Both the position numbers and the translations under genes were made by a program. A DNA stretch of 64,000 nucleotides, taken from assembly GCF_009914755.1 (NCBI RefSeq), contig NC_060929.1; one strand, written 5' to 3'. The notes beneath the pieces are model-generated. The model worked only from the letters and a program-made list of their open reading frames with translations. It had not been told where the DNA came from and made no database searches. Below, one piece after another: positions 40,081-53,200 of this stretch (positions are counted from its first letter, which is position 1; each line of letters begins with the position of its first letter). Source of the stretch: the human T2T-CHM13v2.0 reference genome, Homo sapiens.

Positions 40081-42073
40081 GACCGACAAGTGTACCTCTG
40101 CACTCAATGCTGGAATCAAATCCAAAGCTTTTAATTCTCTCAACAAGATGTAAACAGGAAAGAAATCTAGTTGAGCATGAAGATAGGATCTAACAGCTTT
40201 TCCAGTTGTTAGATGACTTTGTGGCCATCTTGTTATTGAGTAAGAAAATAAAGCATGGACATCATGAAAATAACAGATGTTACCCAAACTCATCTTCTAA
40301 AATCTGTGCATTTCCATGGTGGCTGACACACTTGTCATGTGGTCTGTTAGTGTTTGCCAAGAACCATTGCAAATAAATTGAACATCAAAGATCCAAGTTT
40401 GTACTATCCCTAAAGACTGGAGATAAGCATTGGAGGCTCTTTTAAAAAATGCTAGTTACTGAATTTTGTATTGTTTTACTTTTTTTTTTATTTCAATATA
40501 TACAGTTTGATGATGTGCTTGAAATTGGTGCAAATATATACACACCCTTGTAAGTGCAAAGTATGTAAGAAGTTTTAACATTTACTTCACAGGACTTGTG
40601 ATTGTGTTAAATTCTCACTATTGTGTTTTCTTTTGCTCACTGTTTAGGACAATTTTTCTTTAAAATAGTTTTGCAGATTAAAATTGCTTAAATAAGTGGA
40701 TTAAAAAACTGACAATGCATGCTACTGTTCTCTTTCAAAAGGAAGAGCAACCGTGTTGAATACTAATAATGATGAATTAGTATTCAGTGTTTAGAATCAT
40801 TGGGACTACCCACAAAGTGAGCATTTCTTTTTAAATTTTCTTGACATTTCCAAGCTTATTATGAATAATATTGCAGTGTGTCTTGTCAGCTGTAGGTGGC
40901 AAAGGTGCCCTTATAAAAAAGGAAACTGGCTTTTCAAAATGGGCTATGGGAGCACAAGCTGAAGCTTTAGTGCCTTCTACAATGTGGTATACTGTTTTCT
41001 AGAATTTTATATGTGCTAGTCATTCTCAATTCATATGGAATCTAGATGGATATTTCATGCATACCCATAGAGAAGTGTGTAAGTGATATGTCAGAAGAGC
41101 TTCTTACTGATTTCACCTAAAATGAGAAGGAAGTCCTGTTTTCAAGAATGACATTAGAGTCATGCAGCTTTGGGACCATCAGTTTTATACTGTGATAATT
41201 GAAAATGAAACATGTTCTTATTTTCCTTAAATTGAAGAAAACCCTTTAGTTGTCTACATTGGATGGCCTTATTACCTCTCAATCATCTTTTCATAAATGA
41301 TGTGCAGAAATTGTACTTAAGGACTTAGGAGTATATGGGAGGTTATTGGTTTTATGTTTAAGGATACGTTTACTTGAGTTTAAGATACAGGTCATCCATC
41401 ATTCTTAGGCTCACTTTTTACAGAAAGTATGCAAATAGTAAAGTGACAGCACTGCTAATGTTTTTCCCCAGTACTATAACTTGTGGTTTCTGAACTCATT
41501 ATTGTTGTATTTCCAAAAAAGTAATACCTTTTAATTAGTGTATTAAAAGTTAAGTATAATTATTTTAATGCAATCTAATACAATCAGATTACTCAGTTGC
41601 CTTACCTCATGGGAAGAGTTACTTTTTTAGATCTAAAAAGCTGAATAGCATGTTAGTTACTTGGTTTCAACTTGAGTTTTCTTTTAATGTTAATAAGATT
41701 GAAACTTTAGTATTTAGTGGGGAATGGAAAGAGTTGCCCTTGTTGCAAGTAATGAAGCCTGATTTGATTATGAAGCTGCTTAATCACTCTTCATGTGTTC
41801 AGAATTACTGTTTTTTTTGTTTGTTTTTCCTTTTTGTCACTGTGTACATTAAAATTTTGGAAGATGCTTTACTATGTAAAGTATAGATGGTCATTTTAAT
41901 CATTCAGCCACATACGGTTGGCTGGTAAACAGCTTATTCTGATACAAGAATGCTTGGGTGCATATGGAAAGATTGTGAAAGAGTGTGTCTTGCATCAACA
42001 GCTGTCTTATTTATGATATATAAGTAGAAATAGAGCAAATGTTGGAATCTGTTATTTTTAGTACCATGTCTTT

Positions 42074-42079
42074 AATAAA
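42074..42079 (+). terminator. Poly(A) signal (candidate major site)
   Basis: AATAAA followed ~20-30 nt downstream by the GT/T-rich element TGTTTGTTT. Confidence 0.6.
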
Positions 42080-43063
42080 GCTAAGTATTTTAGAGGAAAA
42101 TGTTTGTTTATGCATTTCAAAAAAGCATTTTAGTTTTATCCTGCTCATTTTAGTTGTCATAGAGATTGTTGTGACGTGGAGAGTGCATGTTTGTGTGGTG
42201 TCTATAAAACAAGTCATTTAAAGTATGAGTGTTTTCTTGTACTCTGGACCTATTACATGTTTCTTTATGTTGGTAATTAACATTTAATTTGGTTCTTGCT
42301 GCTAATTATTTTCTCTGCTGATATTTATTAAGCTTTAAAATAATCGTACTATAATCTTGAAACACTGATTTGTAAAAACTAAGAATGAGTAGGAATACAA
42401 GAGATCTGGAGGAACAAATCAGATTGTTATTAGGGTTTGACTTTTTTTTTACATGGGCTTATGGAAGCAAGGCATTCTAGGGTCTAGAGGGATGTGTGTG
42501 TGTGCTTGTGTGTCCATGTGTGCGCATGCGCACGTGTGTATCTGTTTGAGACATACTTTCTCTGTTCACTTAAAAGAGCTCATGTTTTCATTTGTTTATT
42601 CTTTTCTTTCAGGGTATTTTGTTTTTTTCTTTAAGACTTCTTTTTTTAAATCCCAGGTAGATGTTGTCAGATAAACTTGAGGTAAGGCCAAGAAGACAGA
42701 CATTTTATGCTTCATACTTTCTGTAATTATCTTTTGTAGCTTGATTACATAGAGTACCCTCTCTTCCTTAAGTTGTAGTTGCTATTTATCATTGTAGACA
42801 AATTCTGTTGCCTTTCAGCAACGTATGCTGAACTAGTATCATAAGATGGTGCATCAGTTCATAAGCTAGTGCATAAGTTTTGTGTCAAAACTTTTAAATC
42901 CTGAAGTTCTGCAGTTATCTTAGTTATTTTCTATCTAATTAGCTTATAATTGCAAACACTAGTCAGCTTGTGATCTCTGTGTTTCAAGTTCTTTTCTTCA
43001 CGAGGTTCAGTACCTGCTATGTTGATCTTTGGCAGTGCCAGAGGCTTAAATTTTGACCTGCTC

Positions 43064-43123
43064 AATTAAAAATAAACACTGGCGTTTATAATGAAAAGGT
43101 TTTTTTGTCGGGGGGGGGGGGGG
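43064..43123 (+). terminator. Poly(A) signal cluster ATTAAA+AATAAA with T7 tract and G14 run downstream
   Basis: ATTAAA 43064, AATAAA 43071, T tract 43100-43106, G14 43110-43123. Confidence 0.6.
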
Positions 43124-43769
43124 TCAAGAGAATTTATTTTGTGATAGTAATAATTTTCAAGACCTTCAGTCATTCCTATGTCTATGTTGCTATCTTTATT
43201 TTAAAACTTAGAACCCTGATCTAACTCCCTTCTCAAGTGAAGATACTGTGTAGATTCAAGAATTATAATGTAGAGTAATAGGCCTTTAAGTTTTTTTTTA
43301 ATCTGTTAGAAATAAAGAGCATGATTTAATTATTGTTGAATTAACAATTAAAATGAATCCCTTTGGAGGGATGGCATTGAATAACTTATAATTTCAGTGA
43401 ATCATTTACGTTTTCATTGGAAGACAGTATCTGATTTCAACTGGTGCGTTACGAAGTAGAGCCATTCCCACAAAGTAAATGTGCAGTGCCCATGTTTCTT
43501 GTTTAAATATTTTTTATTTTCACTACATATATATTATTTTCTCATGTTTATTTACTAATGTAATTTTCACTTAAAATTAGATGTTTATTTTCAAATTTTA
43601 AAAGCTAGTGCTCTTAAAAGAGCTAAATTATATTTCTGGAAGCAGGAGTTTAGTATAAATGTAATAAAATTTTAAAATAAAATTGACTTCCCTACTTAAT
43701 CTTGGGTTTGTGGGTGAGTTTGTTTTTAGTACACTCTTATTGGTGGTTTTGCCTGAAGAGTAATACATT

Positions 43770-44073
43770 ATTATTATTACTTTTCTTTTTGAGACAGGGT
43801 CTCACTCTGTCACTCAGGCTGGAGTGCAGTGACACGATCATGGCTCACTGCAATCTTGACCTTTCTCGGCATGGATGATCCTCTCACCTCAGCCTCTTGA
43901 ATAGCTGGGACCACAGACATGTGCCACCAAGCCCAGTTAATTTTAGAATTTTTTTTGTAGAGACAGGATCTTGCCATGTTGCCTAGACTGGTCTCAAACT
44001 CCTGGGCTCAAACAATCTGTCTGCCTCAGCCTTCTAAAGTGCTGAGATTACAGGTGTGAGGTACTGCACCTGG
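43770..44073 (-). mobile_element. Alu (AluJ-like) within the distal 3' UTR
   Basis: Antisense dimer; TSD-like aatac(a/g)ttatt. Confidence 0.9.
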
Positions 44074-45392
44074 CAATACGTTATTTTAAAAGTAAACGCT
44101 AAGCCATTTATGACTTTGGTTATATTCAGTCAGTTGGATTTAGTAACTAATAACTAGCTTTCTTCCATTCTAAGGTACTTTTATAGTTTCTAGCAATTAG
44201 TTTGTTACAATTAGCTTATATCAGATATAACAGTTCTTAATATAATGTTTATAAAAGGTTTTAAGTCTGTTGCCTGATTTTTAAATTTATATCTAGTTAA
44301 CATTTTAATTTTAAAATTGCCAACTTTTGGGAGATTTCACATATTTTACCTCTATATTTTATTTTTCCAGGATTGGTATGGAGGAGTAGTACCTTCTATT
44401 CTTGGTTTATTTTTATTTGCTAGACATAATTTCTTAACTACATATGTAAGTATAAATTCATAAAAATCACACTGAAAGAATAGGTTGATTTCAACCATTT
44501 TGAGGGTACTGGTAGGTAACACACTGTTGGGGAATAAACTAAAGAATTTCTGATTTCTACAATAGATTTAAGTATGAAATTTGAGTATACTGTGTAGCTG
44601 TGTAGATCAACTTAATGCTTAAAAAATTACCTCCTTAATGATTAGATTAATAGAACAGTGTTAGATTATCAAGGGAAGAGTTTGGAATGTAAACATAAAC
44701 ATGCTGCATAGGTGGTGGTTATTTGTGAGTAGGACTACTTTTAAATGGTACTAGTAAAGATTTATCAAACAATGCTGCTATTATGTTGCTATATTTTTAA
44801 TAAAATGAAAATCTTAAAATCTTGCCACTGTTGAGTAGTAATTTCACCTATTTCTGGAACAGTTATTTGCATATTTACATCTTATTTCTATAACTGAAAG
44901 GTGATAATAGGCTTTTCCAGGGTTCAAGATTACTACCAAAAATGGAAGGTTTTGCATACGGGGCAATCTTCGTGTTTTGTGGCAGTTAACTCCAGTCAAG
45001 GCTTTTCATATTAAACATTGTGCAGTATCCAAGTAAGTGATAGCTGCTCTCTGAATCTCCCTTCTCCCCAGCCGCCACAAATTCAGCTTCTTGCTAGGAT
45101 ATTTGTACAATGAAAACTATCACTTTGTCTTTTAACAACAGGTGGAATGCCTTCTCCCACTTATAAGAGGTGTAACTCTCCATTTGGTGAATGAGCTGTG
45201 TGCTCAGGGTGGTCACTTAGGTAAGACAGCCTATTAGCCTATTAGTCTAAAAAAAAAAATTACCTGTTAGATAAATTTAGAATCCTGCGTGACCTGATTG
45301 GCTTAGCTGGCCTAGAGATGTTGAGGCTATGTATATTGATTTATCTACATAGGCCATCTATCTTAGCTGCCTTCTGTGGCTAAAGGCCATGA

Positions 45393-45750
<358 letters not shown>

Positions 45751-46255
45751 TGCCATTTTGGTTTTCAGATGTGTTAAACTGCATGTGTAGGGGTGGGAGA
45801 GCAGAGGCCTTTAAAATGCACCCCTTGCCAGTAGTGGGTTTGTGTGTGTGGCGTTCTCCACAGGACTTCTTGAAAGCAATGCCAGCTTAGAGTAGGAGCT
45901 GCTTTGAACAGCAGACTTCTACCAAATCGTAATTACTTAAGGAGTATCATTATAGTAATTTAGTTTTTATAATTATCATTTTCTTACCTTGGGAAGAACA
46001 TCCTAAGATTTGCAGAAAAGTATCTCTTTTAAAAAGTATACTACCGTATTTAATGTAGGAATAACCACAATTGATGAGAGGTGGTAAATGGAATCAATTA
46101 TATAGGCATGACCTTCAGTACCATGTTTCCCTCTCTCCTGAGCTTCAGTCACCTTTTCAACTATCTGACACTAAGAACTCACTGAATATCAGCTATTACA
46201 ATACTGGGTATCTTACTAGCACCCTAAACTTATCTCATTCCAAATAAAACATTGA

Positions 46256-46645
<390 letters not shown>

Positions 46646-48159
46646 GCATACTTCATCTTCTGGCACTTTGCAGATACTGTATTTTTACAAATTAAAAGTT
46701 TGTGACAACCCTGCATCTGGCAAGTCTGTGGACACCATTTTTCCAGTAGCATGTGCTGACTTGGTGGCTCTGTCACGTTTTGGTAATTCTTGCAGTATTT
46801 CAAACTTTTTCTTACGGTGATCTGTGGTCATTGATCTTTGATCTTACCATTGTAATTGATTTGGGACTCCACAAACCGTGCCCATATAAGATAGCAAAGT
46901 AATAGAGAAACGTTTGTGTTCTGACTGCTCCACTAACTGGCAGTTCTCCTGTCTCCCCCTCTTCAGGTCTCCTATTCCCTGAAACAGCAATATCGAAATT
47001 AAGCCAATTGATAACCCTATCATGGCCTCTAAGTTTTCAAGGAAAGTACAAAATTTCATGTCTCTCACTTGAAAAGCTAAAAATGATAAAGCTTACTGAG
47101 GAAAGAATGTTGAAAGCCCAGATAGGCTGAAAGCTAAGCCTCTTGTACAATGCAGTTAGCCAGGCATGAAAGCCAAGTTATGAATTTAAAGAAGTTGAAG
47201 GAAATTAAAAGTACTACTTTGGTGAACACATGAATGATAAGAAAGCAAAACAGCCTTATTGCTGTTTTCGGTGGTCTGGATAGAAGACCAAACCAGCCAC
47301 AATATTTGTTTAAGCCAAAGCCTAATCTAGAGCAAAGCCTCAACTCTCTTCAATTCTGTGAGGGCTGAGAGGTGAGGAAGCTGCAGAAGAAAAGTTGGAA
47401 GCTAGCAGAAGTTAATTCATGAGGTTAAAGGAAAGAAGCTATCTCTAACAAAAGTGTAAGGTGAAGCAGCAAGTGCTGATGTAAGAAGCTGCAGCAAGTT
47501 ATCTAGAAGTAGATTTTCTGGAAGCCAAGGTCATTGTCGAAGGTGGCTACATGAAACAACAGATTTTCAACGTAGATGAAACAGCCTTATATTGGAAGAA
47601 GATGCCACCTGGGACTTCCGTAGCTAGAGAGAAGTTAATGCCTGGCTTCAGAGCTTCAAAGCATAGGCTGACTCCTATTAGGAGGTAGTGCAGCTGGTGA
47701 CTTTAGGTTGAAGCCAATGCTAATTTATCATTCTGAAAATCCTAGAGTCCTTAAGAATTGTGCTGAATGTATTCTGCCTGTGCTTTATAAACGGAACAAG
47801 GTCTAGATAACAACACATCTGTTCACAGCATGATTTACTATTTTAAATCCAGTTTTGAGACCTATTGCTAAAAAAACAAATTCCTTTCAGAATATTACTG
47901 TTCCTTGACAATCTCCTGGTTGCCCAAGAGCTCTGATGGAGATGTACAAGGAGATTAATGCTTTCATGCCTGTACAAACGATATTCATTCTGTAGCCCGT
48001 GGATCAAGGAGTAATTTTGACTTTCTAGTCTTATTATTTAAGAAATACATTTCATAAGGCTATAGCTGTCATAGATTGTGATTCCTCCGATGGATCTGGG
48101 CAAAGTACATTGGAAACCTAGAAAAGAGTTACCATTCCAGATGCCATTAACATTTGTTA

Positions 48160-48497
<338 letters not shown>

Positions 48498-49519
48498 AAG
48501 CAACATCAAGAGGAGCTTGGAAGTAGTTGCTTCCAGCCCTCATGGATGGCTTTGAGGGGCTTAAGACTTCAGTGAAGGACTTCACTGCAGATGTAGAAAT
48601 AGAGAACTAGAATTAAAAGTGGAACCTGAAGATGTGACTGAATTGCTGCAATCTCATGATAGAACTTGAAGAGATGAGGAGTTGCTTCTTATGGATGAGC
48701 AAAGAAAGTGGCTCCTTGAGATGTAATCTACTCCTGGTGAAGATGCTATGAATGCTGTTGAAATGACCACAAAGGATTTAGAATATTACTTAATTGATAA
48801 AGCAGTGGCAGGGTTTGAAAGGATTGACTCCAATTTTAAAAGTACTACATGGGTAAAATGCTGTCAGACAGCATCCCATGCTACAGAGAAATCTGTGAAA
48901 GGAAGAGTCAATCGATGTGGCAAACTTTATTATTTTAAGAAATTGCTACGTTTACCTCAGCCTTCACCAATCACAACCCTGATTAGCAGTTATCAACATC
49001 AAGGCAAGACCCTCTACCAGCAAAAAGATTATGACCCACTGAAGGCTTAGACAATCGCTAGCATTTTTTAAGCAGTATTTTAAATTAAGGTATGTACACT
49101 TTTTTAGATATAATGGTATTGCACACTCAATAGGCCATAGTTATAAAACATAACTTTTAAATGCACTGGGAAACCAAAGAATTTATGTGACTTGCTTTAT
49201 TGTGATACTCACCTTATTATGGTGGCCTGGAACTGAACCCCTAATATCCCTGAGAATGCCTGCAACTTCCATCTTGTTCCCACCCTCAGTCACATCTGCT
49301 AAGTCCTCCCAATTGTGCATTTCCTCTGAAATATCTTAAGTATGCCCTTGTATGATTTTAGTTACATGGAATAGAATCACTCTAGCAGAAAAGTAACTGT
49401 AGTATTAGAATTGTCATTTTCCTTTTAGTCTGCTTCTGTAGCCTACTAATTGGTCTTGCAACCCCAGACCTTTTTCAAATTCATTTCAACGTATGTTGCC
49501 ACTTGATTAAATGTATTTA

Positions 49520-50797
49520 AATTGGTCTGAGTTTTTTTGTAATTTCATTCTGGTTTTGGTATAAGGGGCATGCTTGCCTAATAGAATGAGTTGGAAAGTA
49601 ATTCCCTCCTCTTCACTTTTCTGAAGGAATTTGTGTCAAATTGTTAAGGTAGAATACCTCAAAAAAGCCAACCTGAGCCTGGAATAGTCTTTCACACTAC
49701 AAATTCAGTGTTAAAACTAGATTTAGAGTTATTCAAGCTATTTATTCTTAGGGTTTATTTGTTTTGTTTTGTTTTGTTTTAGAGTTGGGGTCTCACTATG
49801 TGGCCCAGGCTGGTCTCAAACTCCTGAGCTCAAGAGATCCTCCTCCTTCAGCCTCCTGAGTAGTTGGGACTACATGCACACATCCCCATGCTTGGCCCTT
49901 GTTTATTTATTCTTAAATGAGCATTGATGTTGTGTATCTTTAATGAAATTTGTCTATTTTATCTAAGTTGTCAACTTTATTGCCATGAAGTTATTCATAC
50001 TTCCTTACGACCTTTTAATACATATAAGATCTATACCGATGTCCTCTCTCACTCATAATATCGTTAACTTGTGTCTTCCTTCTTTTTATTCTGATCAGTC
50101 AAGCTAGAGGTTTATCAATTTATTTTCTCAAATCAGATTTCACTGTCATCAATTTTTCTTTTTTAGTTCACTGATTTCTGCTCTTCATTATTTATTTTCT
50201 TTTTCTTCTTTTGGATTTAGTTTGCCCTCTTTTTCTAGTTTAAGGTGTGAACAGGAGTCACTGACTTCAGACCTTTCTTTTTTAATATATGTATTTAGTG
50301 CTATACATTTCCTTCAAAGCACTACTTTAGCTGTATTCTAACAAATTTTGCTGTGTTGTATTTTCATTTTCATTGAGTTCAAAATACTTCATAATTTTCC
50401 CTTAGATTTTGTCTTTGATCCATGGGTTATTGAAATGTGTGTTAATTAGTGTCCAAATATTTGGGAATTTTCAAAGATCTTTCTGTAACTGATTTCTAAC
50501 TTAATTTCATCATGGTTAGGACACATCATTTGTATGATTTAATTCCTTTGAAATTGTCTGAGACATGTTTTATGGTCCACAAGTAATCCACTTTGGTGTT
50601 TTGCATGCACTTGAAAAGAATGTGCCTTGCTTTTGTTGAGTGAAGTAATCTGTAGTGCCAATTAGGTCATGTTCGTTGATAGTGGTGTTCAAGTCTTCTA
50701 TGTACTTAATAATTTGCAGTCTGCTTTTTCTGTCAATTCAAAGTCTTGAAATTTCCAACTGGATTGTGGATTGTTTTATTTCTTTTAGCTCTGTTTC
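49520..50797 (-). mobile_element. Old L1 ORF2 fragment (host element; resumes at ~61080), containing an Alu monomer at 49760-49897
   Basis: Antisense L1 ORF2 motifs (aatgagttggaaagt..ccctcctct; catgcacttgaaaagaatgtg). Confidence 0.7.
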
Positions 50798-51192
50798 TTT
50801 TTAATTTTTAATATTTGTGGGGTTCATAGTAGGTGTATATATTTGTGGGGCATATGAAATGTTTTGATATAGGCATACAGTGTGTAATAATCACATCAGA
50901 GTAAATGGGGTATCCATCACTTCAAGCATTTATCCTTTGTGTTACAAACAATCCAGATATACTCTTTTACTTATTTAAAAATGTACAATTAAATTATTAT
51001 TGACTATAGTAACTGTTGTGCTATCAAATACTAGATCTTATTCATTCTTTCTATTTTTTTTGTACCCATTAACCATCCCCGCAGTTCCCCTCTACCCACC
51101 TGATTACCCTTCCCAGCCTCTGGTAACCATCCTTCTACTTTCTGTCTCCATGAGTTCAATTGCTTTTATTTTTAGCTCCCACAAATAAGTGA

Positions 51193-51543
<351 letters not shown>

Positions 51544-51815
51544 TAATGACCTCCAGTTCCTTCTATGTTGTTACAAGTGACAGGATCTCATTCTTTTTTA
51601 TGGCTGAATAGTACTCCATTGTGTATATGTACCACATTTTCTTTATCCATTAGTCTCTTGATGAACATTTAGGTTGTTTCCAAATCTTGGCTATTGTGAA
51701 TAATGCTGCAATAAACATGGGAATGCAGATATCTCTTTGATGTACTGATTTCTTTTCTTTTGGGTACATACCTAGCAGTGGGATTGCTGGATCGTATCAT
51801 AGCTCTATTTTTAGG

Positions 51816-52116
<301 letters not shown>

Positions 52117-52348
52117 TAGTTTTTTGAGGAACCTCCACACTATTCTCCGTAGTGATTGTACTAATTTAAACTTCCACCAGCAGTGTATGAGGATTCCCGT
52201 TTCTCCACATCCTTGCAATTTGTAACTGCCTGTCTTTTGGATAAAAGCCATTTTAACTGGGGTGAGATGAAATCTCATTGTAGGTTTGATTTGCATTTCT
52301 CTGATGATCATTGATGTTGAGTACTTTCCTTTCTTTCTTTTTTTCTTT

Positions 52349-52915
52349 TTTATTACATCACAGTTCTGTAGCTCAGAGTTAAAGAAGGCTTGCCTGGGTT
52401 CTCTGCTTAAGGTCCCACAAGGCTGAAGTCAAGATGTCAGACAAGGTAGGCTCTTATCTGGAGGCTCTGGGGATGAATCCAGTTCCATGCCCATTCAGAT
52501 TTGGGACAGATTTTGATTCCCATATCCTTCCTAGTTGTCAGCTGAGAACTGTTTTCAGCTTCTAAAGGTTACTCATATTCTTCTCAAATTCCCGTCTTCC
52601 ATTTTTGAGCCAACAGCTTACATCAGATTCTTCTCTTGCTTAGAATCTGTCTGACTTCCTTTTCTGCCACTGGCCAGAGCAAATTCTCTTTTAATGGGGG
52701 CATGTGATTCAATTGGTCCCAACTGGATAGTCTCTTCTTTCATTATCCCAAAGTCAACTGATTTAGTAATATTAATTACATCTAAAAAAATTCCCTTTTT
52801 GTCATGTAACATAACATAATCATGGGAATGGAACTAATCATATTCATAATTCGAAGAGAGGAGAATATACAAAGGCAAGGGTCATTGGGGGGTCATTCTT
52901 AGAATTCTGCCTTCC
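52349..52915 (-). mobile_element. MaLR (MLT1-like) LTR, lacking its 3' end
   Basis: tcacagttctgtag...ggctgaagtcaagatgtcag...ctggaggctctgggg...gggggtcattcttagaattctgcct. Confidence 0.75.
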
Positions 52916-53029
52916 CCAAGTGAGGAAGTGGGAGGACTCAAGTGACTCTTGAGATTTATGGTTAAGGTATTTGGGTGGATGGTGGGGCCACTCAGTGAGG
53001 TAGGGAAATCCAGGGCAAGAAGTAGAGTC

Positions 53030-53200
53030 GGTCATTCATTCATTCATTCATTCATTGACAGGATCTTTCTCTGTCACCCAGGCAGAAGGGCAGTGGCATG
53101 ATCCTAGCTCATGGCACCTTCAAACTCTGGGGCTCAAGTGATCCTTTTGCTTCAGCCTCCCAAGTAGCTGGGACTACAAGCGTGTCCCACCACACCTGGC
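53030..53200 (-). mobile_element. Alu right-arm monomer with (TTCA)n tail, within an L2 fragment (~52920-53570)
   Basis: Single arm; flanks contain the L2 motif ctggagctcagaagagaggtctgggctagagatacagatttgggagt. Confidence 0.75.

Larger units (their letters stand above)
40081..44825 (+). other. SREK1: SREK1 3' UTR with tandem alternative poly(A) signals
   Basis: AATAAA at 40247, 40372, 42074, 43071, 43311, 43663 and 44799. AT-rich and repeat-poor up to ~43770. The distal end is inferred. Confidence 0.7.

Noticed and set aside
48748-49050. 100-aa ATG ORF in Tigger1
   Set aside because: Frameshifted transposase tail; no sign of domestication.
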